Part shown: positions 1-8,449 of the stretch, in pieces
Numbering within the stretch: position 1 is the first letter of the stretch
Layout of the letters: every line of letters starts with the position of its first letter
Virus record (IMG/VR): IMGVR_UViG_3300009498_000011
Coordinates: 1-43,982 of that record
DNA: 43,982 nucleotides
Origin: a virus
Lineage: Duplodnaviria; Caudoviricetes
Strand: one strand, 5' to 3'
Notes under the pieces: model-generated
Database searches by the model: none
Told to the model about the DNA's origin: nothing
Seen by the model: the letters and a program-made list of their open reading frames with translations, nothing else
Made by a program: the position numbers and the translations under genes

Positions 1-34
1 AAAAGAATTGACCCGTCATGGGTTGCAAATCGAA

Positions 35-496
35 ATGAAGCTAAGCGAAAACCTAACCCTAAGGGAGGCTGTGAAGTCAGACACAGCGACCCGCCTTGGA
101 ATAAAAAACGAGCCTGATCAGTGGGAGATAAACAACCTGATAGCTATTGCTCAGAACGTGTTTCAACCTATGCGAGATCACTTCGGTATACCTATCGGGG
201 TAACCTCTGGCTATAGATGTAAAGCATTAAATACAGCTATCGGGGGAAGTAAATACTCTCAGCATATGATTGGGGAGGCACTCGATATAGACGCGCATAT
301 GTGTGGTGGGGTTACAAATAAGGAGCTCTTTAATTACATCAAAGACAACCTTGATTGGGACCAAATGATCTGGGAGTTCGGAGACGAAGAAGAGCCAGAC
401 TGGATCCATATCTCTTACAAAGAAGCAGGCAAGAATAGAAAACAGCTTAGAAGCGCTCACCGAGACGAAAAAGGAGTCTATTATAAGAATATGTAA
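35..496 (+). CDS. Peptidase M15 family endolysin (Zn peptidoglycan peptidase)
   Basis: Motifs SGYRC..LN.AIGGS..SQH..GEALD and DWIHISY. ATG at 35 (MKLSENLTL) preferred over TTG at 8. Confidence 0.88.
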   Translation: MKLSENLTLREAVKSDTATRLGIKNEPDQWEINNLIAIAQNVFQPMRDHFGIPIGVTSGYRCKALNTAIGGSKYSQHMIGEALDIDAHMCGGVTNKELFNYIKDNLDWDQMIWEFGDEEEPDWIHISYKEAGKNRKQLRSAHRDEKGVYYKNM

Positions 497-630
497 TGGC
501 AAAGCAATTACACAATTTTGCACCTGAGAAAAACAAAGTTTCTCGACCAGGAGTGCACGCTAAAACAAAGACGTCAAGAAATAAGCGTAGTAAAAACTAC
601 AAGAAAGCCTATAAAGGACAGGGCAGATAA
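496..630 (+). CDS. Small basic protein, 44 aa (MAKQLHNF...KNYKKAYKGQGR), below the ORF-track cutoff
   Basis: ATG overlaps the endolysin stop (TAATG) and the ORF fills the gap. K/R-rich with a C-terminal YKGQGR motif like small marine phage proteins. Confidence 0.75.
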   Translation: MAKQLHNFAPEKNKVSRPGVHAKTKTSRNKRSKNYKKAYKGQGR

Positions 631-637
631 AATTTAC

Positions 638-645
638 TATCTTTG
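638..645 (+). promoter_or_regulatory. Bacteroidota-type -7 promoter box TATCTTTG
   Basis: Matches TAnnTTTG, intergenic, 4 nt before ATG 650. Confidence 0.7.
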
Positions 646-649
646 GGGT

Positions 650-1177
650 ATGTTAGGATTAGGACAAAGCTTATCAAGAGTAGGAACCCCCTTAGGGGAT
701 CCTGCTTTTAGCGCTACTTTTAATTTCGATTCTAGCACAGAAGGTTTTCTTTCTATAGGTAACTCTCAATTAACTTTAGATCAAACCGATTTTGACTCTA
801 ATGCTGTTTTAAGGTGTACAGACAATAGCGCCGTAGGAAATGCATTCCTGATTGGAGCTAATTTATCTACAAACTCAGTAACAAGTTCATCATGGACTAG
901 CCCCACCTCCACTCCAGTTTATGCTAGAATTAGATTTTATGTTCCATCTTCAAACAGCGGTATAGTAGGTATACAAAAAGGTGGTTTCGCTGGAAGTTAC
1001 GTTTCTAACGGTTCCGTGTCTGGCACAGATCAATGGCTTACATGGACCTGGACAACGAACACGAACACATTCAACGTAGACACTATAATAGTTTTTTTTG
1101 AAACTACCGATGTAGAAGGGACTGGAGATGTTGTGTACATAGACAGGTTTGATGTTTCCCTTGACCCTCTCGTTTAA
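650..1177 (+). CDS. Putative virion-associated beta-sandwich (carbohydrate-binding-like) protein
   Basis: Start reassigned to ATG 650 (MLGLGQSL), since 518-649 is occupied by the small basic gene and promoter. S/T/G-rich beta pattern ending VYIDRFDV. Confidence 0.6.
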   Translation: MLGLGQSLSRVGTPLGDPAFSATFNFDSSTEGFLSIGNSQLTLDQTDFDSNAVLRCTDNSAVGNAFLIGANLSTNSVTSSSWTSPTSTPVYARIRFYVPSSNSGIVGIQKGGFAGSYVSNGSVSGTDQWLTWTWTTNTNTFNVDTIIVFFETTDVEGTGDVVYIDRFDVSLDPLV

Positions 1178-1593
1178 AGTGAGTTATAAAATCTTTGTAC
1201 GGCCAACCTACCCTTCTGAGATAACGCATATCGCACCCTGTAGTTAAATTTTGTCTCGTCACGAAATAAATGATCTTCTCTCGTTTGAGAAGGCGTAAGC
1301 TTATCAAAGTGTTTGTATAGGTAACCAGAAGCAACCAGTGGGTATATCATTCTGTCGGCTAGGTTCTTTTTGTACATACCGTAATTCTCTGCTACCCACG
1401 ATATAGTAAAAAATTCTAGATCATATAAGAAAAGCATTAAGTTAAGATACGACCTGGTGAGGTCTGGATTGCTATCCAGGAAGCTGTCCGTTGCACTGCG
1501 TAGGTTTTTTAAGTAATTGCTCTTTACATATTTAGTTGGAAGTTTTGACACCTCTCTAAATAGCTTTGTTTTTTTAACTGTTGACCTAGGCAT
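1174..1593 (-). CDS. Putative winged-helix (MarR-like) DNA-binding protein
   Basis: Only convincing minus-strand gene. Helix pattern LTRSYLNLMLFLYD, then LVASGYLYK and wing-like RYALSQKGR. Basic N-terminus. Confidence 0.6.
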   Translation of the reverse strand: MPRSTVKKTKLFREVSKLPTKYVKSNYLKNLRSATDSFLDSNPDLTRSYLNLMLFLYDLEFFTISWVAENYGMYKKNLADRMIYPLVASGYLYKHFDKLTPSQTREDHLFRDETKFNYRVRYALSQKGRLAVQRFYNSL

Positions 1594-1606
1594 CTTAATT
1601 GTTTCG

Positions 1607-1629
1607 TATATTTGAGTTAAACAAATTTA
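1607..1629. promoter_or_regulatory. Face-to-face -7 boxes: TATATTTG (+, 1607-1614) and TAAATTTG (-, 1629-1622)
   Basis: Both match TAnnTTTG, lie in the 40-nt gap between divergent genes and are separated by 7 nt. Confidence 0.65.
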
Positions 1630-1633
1630 CACC

Positions 1634-1933
1634 ATGAACCCAAAAGATACCCTTTTCTTTGCTGAAATGTATTCTCTCGTTAAAAAAATGGAGGAGACCA
1701 TTGACGAGTTCGAAATGAAAGAAAGAGTTCTTGCGTCAATTGTTGTGGGAGTAATCGACTTGAATGCAGTAGAATTTGGAGATGAAGAGGCCGAGATGAA
1801 AGCTATGTATAGCTTCAACCTCCAGGACCGCTCAGAACTAGAAACAGTAAAAGAGGTTATGGATAATGCATATCAAGAAGAAAACACCGATCTTAATGAC
1901 CTCTTGGGCGAGCTGGGCATATCCTTGAATTAA
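1634..1933 (+). CDS. Acidic hypothetical protein
   Basis: 99-aa ORF after the promoter box, coupled to the next gene by TAATG. Confidence 0.75.
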   Translation: MNPKDTLFFAEMYSLVKKMEETIDEFEMKERVLASIVVGVIDLNAVEFGDEEAEMKAMYSFNLQDRSELETVKEVMDNAYQEENTDLNDLLGELGISLN

Positions 1934-2169
1934 TGGAGGGACTTATTAGAAAGATTGTGGTCGGCACAGACCCTAAAAACGGCATGGCCTATTATGTGGG
2001 CATGAAGGCTGGTGCAGGACAAGTCACGGCTATTGTTGAAGATGGTAAATATCTTCATAGATTTGCAAAACAAAGGTATCTTGTCTATATAGAGAACAAC
2101 GAAGGAACCGCGCTCTGGAAAGCCATCGATGAAATGCCTTGCGTCCTTGAATTTGACTTAAATTTTTAA
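1933..2169 (+). CDS. Small phage hypothetical protein upstream of GroES
   Basis: 78 aa, LIRKIVVG...MAYYVG...LWK...MP..LEFDL; fits the operon. Confidence 0.75.
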   Translation: MEGLIRKIVVGTDPKNGMAYYVGMKAGAGQVTAIVEDGKYLHRFAKQRYLVYIENNEGTALWKAIDEMPCVLEFDLNF

Positions 2170-2172
2170 TTA

Positions 2173-2757
2173 ATGAAAACCTTTGATTTGTTTGTTGTTA
2201 AGCTAGAGAAAAAGCTAAACGACAGCATAACCACGGAGAGTGGATTAGAGCTTTATATAGATACTAGATTTAATGAGTTTGAAAACAGAACCACGGAAGG
2301 CCCAGTTGTTGCGGTCCCGTTTAAATACGATCATGGAGTCGAGGTGGGTGACACTCTTTACTTCCATCATCTTGTTGTTGTTAACGATGGCCAGCCTCTT
2401 ACTGGTGAGGATGATCACTATGTTGTACGGTACGATCCTAATCATACCATTAATAACCAGGCTATTGCTTACAAGTCTGCAAAGACTGGGAGGTTACATC
2501 CTCTGGCGGGCTGGTCACTTCTCGAACGAGTGGAAGAAAAACAAGAGGAAGAGTCTGGTGTTCTCGACGTTATTAGACTTAAGGAGAAGCCTGTCACGAA
2601 AGGGGTGGTCTCTTTTAAAGCGGCTTGGCTTGAAGAACTTGGTGTAAAGCCAGGAGACGTGGTTGGCTTCAAGGAAAACCGAGACTACAGAATCAAAATC
2701 GACGGGAAGGAATATTACCGTACCCGCGCAGAAGATTTGATGTATGTCGAGAGGTAA
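2173..2757 (+). CDS. groES: GroES/Cpn10-like co-chaperonin with two tandem domains
   Basis: Unit 1: TTESGL...GPVVAVP...VEVGDTLYF. Unit 2: HPLAGWSLL...EESGV...KGVV...GVKPGDVVGF...IKIDGKEYY...EDL. Confidence 0.8.
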   Translation: MKTFDLFVVKLEKKLNDSITTESGLELYIDTRFNEFENRTTEGPVVAVPFKYDHGVEVGDTLYFHHLVVVNDGQPLTGEDDHYVVRYDPNHTINNQAIAYKSAKTGRLHPLAGWSLLERVEEKQEEESGVLDVIRLKEKPVTKGVVSFKAAWLEELGVKPGDVVGFKENRDYRIKIDGKEYYRTRAEDLMYVER

Positions 2758-3037
2758 AAGGTTTACTACAATAAGCGCCGCCGAAAGGCTTATGAATAGT
2801 ATGGAGATCGCTATCGATAATATGATCGAAGAGATTAAAAAGCCTGTTGATCCTGAGGCTGGTGGCTCTTCTAGAAAGGCTGAGCTCCAATCCATAAAGC
2901 AAACAGCTATTGACTGCAAAGAGCTTTTGGTGGAGCGCCAGAGGCTAGAACAAATGGTTAAAGAACTCAAAAGTAATGGAGAAATCGAACAACAAAAAGA
3001 CTACTCAGGTGGATTCGCAGAGCGTTTCTCTAAATAA
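2744..3037 (+). CDS. Helical protein, candidate terminase small subunit
   Basis: 97 aa, coiled-coil-like, ends GGFAERFSK, just upstream of TerL. Function inferred from position only. Confidence 0.5.
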   Translation: MSRGKRFTTISAAERLMNSMEIAIDNMIEEIKKPVDPEAGGSSRKAELQSIKQTAIDCKELLVERQRLEQMVKELKSNGEIEQQKDYSGGFAERFSK

Positions 3038-3067
3038 ACCCAGCGGGCTTATTTACTGGGAAGACTA

Positions 3068-3075
3068 TAACTTTG
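3068..3075 (+). promoter_or_regulatory. Possible -7 box TAACTTTG upstream of the tRNA
   Basis: TAnnTTTG match in the intergenic region, about 40 nt before the tRNA. Confidence 0.45.
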
Positions 3076-3117
3076 ACAATCAAGACAATACAGCGGGTTA
3101 CCTAAAGGTAAATATAT

Positions 3118-3194
3118 GCACCCGTAGCTCAGCTGGATAGAGCATCTGCCTTCTAAGCAGACGGTCACAGGTTCGAATCCTGTCGGGTGTACCA
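3118..3194 (+). tRNA. tRNA-Arg (anticodon TCT) with encoded CCA
   Basis: Acceptor GCACCCG/CGGGTGT, D arm GCTC/GAGC, anticodon stem TCTGC/GCAGA with loop CT-TCT-AA, T arm ACAGG-TTCGAAT-CCTGT, then A-CCA. Confidence 0.97.
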
Positions 3195-3209
3195 ATTAAA
3201 TTAAAAAAA

Positions 3210-3398
3210 ATGCCAGATCTAATTTGCAAAAAATGTAAGGCTGAAAAGTCGGTTCAGACCTTAAGCGTGAAGTTTAGAAACGGGGATGTCTATTATCCTG
3301 AAGGTCAGTGCGATTGCGGTAATCAAATGGAGCTAAAAAACCCTAAAAAAGGAGTTCCATCATTGGGGAGAATGAATAGGCATGGCCAGAGTTTTTAA
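3210..3398 (+). CDS. Small zinc-ribbon protein
   Basis: CKKC...CDCG cysteine pairs, 62 aa, coupled to terL (TAATG). Confidence 0.7.
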   Translation: MPDLICKKCKAEKSVQTLSVKFRNGDVYYPEGQCDCGNQMELKNPKKGVPSLGRMNRHGQSF

Positions 3399-5524
3399 TG
3401 TCCAGTTTGATAGACATAAAAGGGTATGAGACTAAAGGTATTAAAATCGACCCTAACAGTACAGAGGGAGAGGTTATCGAGCTCCACGGGTTACTCGTTG
3501 TCTTACCAAAAAAACCAAAGCGATCTAAAATTCTCTTCCATGACCTCCCAAAGGCAATGCAAATGTGGAAGCGCACAGCTATGCCCGAAGAGCTGCTTAG
3601 GATTCGCAGTATGGATGAGTGGCTCGAAAAACCTGCCGAGTTTCGAAAAAAGTTTCATTCTTACATCGAGCAAGAGTTTCAGCGTCGGCGCGACGGTGTA
3701 TGGTTTTACAATAATGGGGAACCTACGTATATTACAGGGAGGCACTATATGTTTCTTCAATGGTCTAAAATTGATGTCGGATATCCATCATACCTTAATT
3801 TCCAAAAAGAAATCTTTCTTCACATGGCTGCGTGCGAGGCTGATCCTCGTTGTTTCGGTCAGTTATATACTAAGTGTCGTCGTTCTGGCTACACTAATAT
3901 ATGTTCTGCTGTGCTTGTGGATGAAGCTAGTCAAGTTAAAGAAAAGCTGCTGGGCATTCAATCAAAAACTGGTAAAGATGCTCAGGAAAACATCTTCATG
4001 AAGAAGGTGGTTTTTATTTTTAGGGGTTACCCCTTTTTTTTCAAACCTATTCAGGACGGTACTACGAATCCCCGCATGGAGTTAGCTTTTCGTGAGCCTT
4101 CAAAGCGAATCACGAAAAACAACAAAACGTCATTTAAAGGAGATGCTCTGAACACTGTTATCAACTGGAAGAACACCACTAACAATGCGTATGACGGTGA
4201 AAAGCTACATATACTGTACCTCGACGAGGCTGGAAAATGGGAAAAGCCCACAGATATCCGTGAAGCCTGGCGCGTTGAACGTACATGCTTGATCGTCGGT
4301 AAGCGCATAGTAGGAAAAGCTTTAGTTGGCAGTACGGTAAACCCTATGAACAAGGGCGGAGAGGAGTACAAAGGTTTGTGGTACGATTCTGATCCTAACG
4401 ACAGAAACAACAACGATAGAACAAGGTCTGGATTGTATCGCATATTCATTCCTGCATACGAAGCGCTAGAAGGGTTTTTTGATCAGCATGGAAACCCCGT
4501 TGTTGAGGACCCCGCCCAAACCGTACACATACATGGTGTCATAAAAGGCATCGACGGAGAAGATATTGACTATGGAAGTAAGTCTTACCTTAAGAATGAG
4601 CGAAAATCCTTTAAAGACAACCCGTCTGAGCTAAACGAGGTGACCCGTCAGTTTCCGTTTACTGAAGACGAAGCATTTAGAGATAGCATTGAAGGCAGTC
4701 TGTTTAACATTGGCAAGATCTACCAACAGATTGAATACAACGAAGAACTATACCCTAACCCCGTGGTGGTGGGCAATTTTACATGGAAGGAAAAGGACAA
4801 AGAAGTTGTATTCTCTCCAACCCCTAACGGTAGGTTTAGAGTTAGCTGGATGCCAGACCCCAGCGAAAGAAACGTGGTCCGCCAAGAGCGAGGCAAAAAG
4901 GTTCCCCCATTTACCAACTACGGATGTGGAGGGGTCGACTCTTACGACTTGGATGCCACGGTAGACGGCAGAGGATCGAAAGGGGCGCTACACATGTATA
5001 ATAAGTTTAGCCTGAATCGTCCTTCAAAAATGTTCGTAGTAGAGTATGCTTCGCGGCCAGACCTAGCAAGCATATTCTATGAGGATGTATTGATGTGTGC
5101 TTTTTTTTACGGCTACCCATTACTTATAGAAAACAATAAGTACGGTATCGCAAGATACTTTGAATCAAGAGGTTATGACGGCTACTTAATGGATCGCCCA
5201 AAGCACTTAATGAGCTCGTCATCTCACGTCAACGTAAAGACAAAGGGTATTCCTTCAAACTCTCAAGATGTTATACAGTCTCACGCTCAGGCTATCGAGA
5301 AGTACATTCATGAAAGCGTTGGAGTCAATCACGAGACAGGGGAGACGGGGAACATGTACTTTAATAAAACCCTTGAGGACTGGATAGGCTTCAAGATCGA
5401 CAAAAGAACTAAGTTTGACCTGACGATAAGCTCAGGATTGGCTTTGCTTGCGGCTCAAAAAACAAAAGAAAAGCCTAGAGTTGATTTCAACGAAAAGGTG
5501 TTTTTTAGAAAATATAAGGTCTAG
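3398..5524 (+). CDS. terL: Terminase large subunit (crAss-like type)
   Basis: YITGRHYMFL, Walker A-like KCRRSGYT, Walker B ILYLDEAGKW, coupling motif GST, nuclease GGVDSYD and LIENNK. Confidence 0.93.
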   Translation: MSSLIDIKGYETKGIKIDPNSTEGEVIELHGLLVVLPKKPKRSKILFHDLPKAMQMWKRTAMPEELLRIRSMDEWLEKPAEFRKKFHSYIEQEFQRRRDGVWFYNNGEPTYITGRHYMFLQWSKIDVGYPSYLNFQKEIFLHMAACEADPRCFGQLYTKCRRSGYTNICSAVLVDEASQVKEKLLGIQSKTGKDAQENIFMKKVVFIFRGYPFFFKPIQDGTTNPRMELAFREPSKRITKNNKTSFKGDALNTVINWKNTTNNAYDGEKLHILYLDEAGKWEKPTDIREAWRVERTCLIVGKRIVGKALVGSTVNPMNKGGEEYKGLWYDSDPNDRNNNDRTRSGLYRIFIPAYEALEGFFDQHGNPVVEDPAQTVHIHGVIKGIDGEDIDYGSKSYLKNERKSFKDNPSELNEVTRQFPFTEDEAFRDSIEGSLFNIGKIYQQIEYNEELYPNPVVVGNFTWKEKDKEVVFSPTPNGRFRVSWMPDPSERNVVRQERGKKVPPFTNYGCGGVDSYDLDATVDGRGSKGALHMYNKFSLNRPSKMFVVEYASRPDLASIFYEDVLMCAFFYGYPLLIENNKYGIARYFESRGYDGYLMDRPKHLMSSSSHVNVKTKGIPSNSQDVIQSHAQAIEKYIHESVGVNHETGETGNMYFNKTLEDWIGFKIDKRTKFDLTISSGLALLAAQKTKEKPRVDFNEKVFFRKYKV

Positions 5525-5535
5525 GATGTATTTGC

Positions 5536-5543
5536 TATATTTG
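5536..5543 (+). promoter_or_regulatory. -7 box TATATTTG upstream of the portal gene
   Basis: TAnnTTTG(C) in the 47-nt intergenic gap. Confidence 0.7.
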
Positions 5544-5571
5544 CAGAATATGCGTAGAGCGACCATAAAAC

Positions 5572-8022
5572 ATGCACAACACCAACAACAAACGTAAAAG
5601 CTCTTTTCCAGACCCTTTGGCCACCACCGATGTAAAACAATCAAAGGCATATGGGTTGGAGTACGCTAAGGCAATCGAATCCCAGTGGGGTAAAATTACT
5701 CAGGCTACTTCGCTTTACGGAAAGAGAAATAAAATCTTTGAAAGAAACAGAGATTATGCTAATGGTACGCAGGAAACAAGTATTTACAAGAAGCTTTTAG
5801 GGTCCCTAAACCCAAACGACGGCGACGGAACTTTGTTGAACCTGGACTATACTCCAGTTCCCATTCTTCCTAAGTTTGTTAGAATAGTGGCGAATAAAAT
5901 ACTATCTAGGGAGCCATACCCGAATCTAGAGGCCGTAGACCCTTTATCCTCTTCAGAAAAGAACAACAAGAAGCGCAGAATTGAGCTTCAAATTGAGGCA
6001 AAAAAAACACTCCAAGAGTTAAAGAAAAGCACTGGGGTTGTAATTGACGAAGACCCTGATAATCTTCCAGATTCTCTTGAGGAGGCGGAAATTCTAATAG
6101 GTACCAACATTAAAACCGACGCTGAGATTGCCGCTCAGATAGGCACCAACATGACGCTTTCCTGGAACAGCTTTAATGATAATGTGTTTAGGCGATGTGT
6201 GCACGATTTGGTCTCTCTAGGTATAGCTGTAGCAAAACGATCAAACGACCCCAATGAGGGTATTAAAACAGAATACATTGATCCCTGTAGGTTTATCCAT
6301 AGTTACACGGAGGATCCAGGTCTTAACGATCTTACTTATGCTGGGCATATAAAAACCATAACAATAGAAGAACTTAAAAGGATTGCTGGCCATGAGCTTT
6401 CGGAAGAGGATTTTGAAAAAATTGCGAAAGCCGTAAAAAACAGAGACGGAAACGATTCTGGCTCGTTCAACAGCCACTCTTATAATAAACGGATGATGCG
6501 TCAAGAATACGGGTACGACGAGTACATGGTTGACGTGCTGGATTTTGAGTTTCTTTCGGTTGATTGCATATATTTCGAAGAAAAGCAAAACAAATACGGG
6601 AAAACAAACTTCTTTATGAAGGGCTTTTTAATGGACAACGTTAAAGGAAACGTGTTTAATGAAGAGGCCAGCATGATGGATGTTACAACCGTTTATAAAG
6701 GTAGTTACGTTCTCGATAGCGGTTGTGACATTTTGTTTAACTACGGTATGTGCACAAACATACCTAAAAACATTCACGATCTTTCAAAAGCTCGGATGTC
6801 TTACTCTCCTGTGGCAACCAACATTCGCGGAATGATACCGAAGTCAATGGTAGATAGCTGCACTGGGTTTGCCGACATGCTTCAGCTTACCCACTTAAAG
6901 ATCCAGCAGTCTATAGCAAAAGCCAAGCCTGACGGTTTAATTATTGATATTGAGGGTTTGGAGAATGTGCAACTCGGAAAGGGCGGAGAGCTTCAACCTT
7001 TGGACCTGCATGATATTTATGAGCAAACGGGCGTCTTTTATTATAGAAGTAAAAACCCAGAAGGAGGATTTCAGAACCCTCCCGTGCGAGAGATAGGAAA
7101 TAGCATCCGAAATATTAACGAGCTAATTGGTCTTTACAATCATTACCTCCGTATGATCCGTGATACAACGGGTATTAACGAGATGATGGACGCATCAACG
7201 CCAAAAGGCGACACACTTGTTGGCGTCCAGCAGAACGCTATTGCCGCTGGCAACAACGCTATATATGATATAACCAATGCCTCTATGATTATATTCAAAA
7301 AGGTTTGCGAGGATATCGTAAAGTGTATTCAAATCTTACCCATGGAGTCTGTTCTTTTTCAAGTTTATGAAAACGCTATCGGAAAAGAAAATATGGCGGT
7401 GCTTTCCTCTTTTAGAGACTTGCCTATGTATAATTTTGGCGTTCAGGTTGTTAAAGAAATGGAGGATAAGGATAGGTCATACCTAGAGCAAAACATACAA
7501 ATGTCCCTTCAGCAGAAAGAAATAGATATTGAAGACGCTATTGCTATTAGGGGGATGAAGGACATTAACCAGGCCGAGCGCCTGCTTATTCTTCGAAGGA
7601 ATAAAAGATTGAAGAAGATGCAAGAGTCTGCCGCTCAAAACTCTCAACTTCAAAAACAGCAAGCTCAAGAGGCCGCTCAGTTTGCCTCTCAGGTAAAGAT
7701 TCAGGAAATGCAGATGGAGTCGGAGATGGAATTAAAAAAGATGCAACTTAAGAGCCAGATGGAGGCTCAGCTAGAGCAAGTAAGGCATCAATTTAGAAAA
7801 GAAATTGAACTGATTAAGGCGCAGGCTACGCTTGGCTTTAAAACAGAGGATCAAGAATTTAAGGAAAAACTTGAAGTCCTTAAAGAGAACAGGAAAGACG
7901 AAAGGGTGGAAAAACAAGCTTCTGAGCAAAGCAAACTGCTTTCTCAGCGCCAAGGCAAGCGAGGTGAGCTAGCCGATCCTGGTGACAGCGTAGACAATAT
8001 TGTAAACTCATTACTGGATTAA
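5572..8022 (+). CDS. Portal protein
   Basis: 816 aa directly after terL. LNLDYTPVPILPKFV and IRDTTGINE motifs, long Q/E/K-rich C-terminal coiled coil (podovirus portal barrel). Confidence 0.88.
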   Translation: MHNTNNKRKSSFPDPLATTDVKQSKAYGLEYAKAIESQWGKITQATSLYGKRNKIFERNRDYANGTQETSIYKKLLGSLNPNDGDGTLLNLDYTPVPILPKFVRIVANKILSREPYPNLEAVDPLSSSEKNNKKRRIELQIEAKKTLQELKKSTGVVIDEDPDNLPDSLEEAEILIGTNIKTDAEIAAQIGTNMTLSWNSFNDNVFRRCVHDLVSLGIAVAKRSNDPNEGIKTEYIDPCRFIHSYTEDPGLNDLTYAGHIKTITIEELKRIAGHELSEEDFEKIAKAVKNRDGNDSGSFNSHSYNKRMMRQEYGYDEYMVDVLDFEFLSVDCIYFEEKQNKYGKTNFFMKGFLMDNVKGNVFNEEASMMDVTTVYKGSYVLDSGCDILFNYGMCTNIPKNIHDLSKARMSYSPVATNIRGMIPKSMVDSCTGFADMLQLTHLKIQQSIAKAKPDGLIIDIEGLENVQLGKGGELQPLDLHDIYEQTGVFYYRSKNPEGGFQNPPVREIGNSIRNINELIGLYNHYLRMIRDTTGINEMMDASTPKGDTLVGVQQNAIAAGNNAIYDITNASMIIFKKVCEDIVKCIQILPMESVLFQVYENAIGKENMAVLSSFRDLPMYNFGVQVVKEMEDKDRSYLEQNIQMSLQQKEIDIEDAIAIRGMKDINQAERLLILRRNKRLKKMQESAAQNSQLQKQQAQEAAQFASQVKIQEMQMESEMELKKMQLKSQMEAQLEQVRHQFRKEIELIKAQATLGFKTEDQEFKEKLEVLKENRKDERVEKQASEQSKLLSQRQGKRGELADPGDSVDNIVNSLLD

Positions 8023-8023
8023 A

Positions 8024-8449
8024 ATGGCAACAAAAGCTAATTTAGATGTAGCTGAAAAGCTAGATATTACTTGCAGAAAAGGCGATACGTTTGAGCTTTC
8101 TTTAAATTTCAAAGATAGCGCTGGAAGCAACATCGCCCTGTTGACTGATCAGTATGATTTCTTTATGCAGGTTCGATCCCCTAAAAAAACAGCAAACACA
8201 AGGGGGGCACTCATAGCTGGGACTCTCTCGAAAGGAGATCAAGCAAAAGGTACCGACAATTCTGGCAACGTAGGCTTTGTTTTTGAAGATATTGACAATA
8301 GCGGGAACGTAACCGTAAGGGCTACAGCTGATACTATGGCTAATTTCCCATCTGGAAGATACACTTACGACTTACAGTATACCGTAAACAATAAGACCAC
8401 TACGGTCCTCAAGGGCAGCTTTACTGTAAACGATGATATCACTGCGTAA
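8024..8449 (+). CDS. Tail-fibre adaptor, BppU-N/Ig-like
   Basis: LDITCRKGDTF...MQVR...GRYTYDLQ...VLKGSFTV..DIT pattern; precedes the fibre genes. Confidence 0.65.
   Translation: MATKANLDVAEKLDITCRKGDTFELSLNFKDSAGSNIALLTDQYDFFMQVRSPKKTANTRGALIAGTLSKGDQAKGTDNSGNVGFVFEDIDNSGNVTVRATADTMANFPSGRYTYDLQYTVNNKTTTVLKGSFTVNDDITA

Noticed and set aside
3009-3140. Short ORF (VDSQS...[11 protein letters not shown]...) and weak hairpin upstream of the tRNA
   Set aside because: It has a GTG start inside the previous gene and runs into the tRNA. The hairpin is AT-rich with a mismatch. No independent support.
3118-3194. tRNA as a prophage attachment site
   Set aside because: No duplicated tRNA 3' end and no integrase in the window; phage genes continue on both sides.
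3398-5524. Intein or group I intron in terL (also considered for MCP and portal)
   Set aside because: The ORFs are uninterrupted and of ordinary length, with no evident intein splice or LAGLIDADG/HNH motifs.
5550-5597. 15-codon upstream ORF overlapping the portal start
   Set aside because: Easily arises by chance, and the portal ATG has its own A-rich context.
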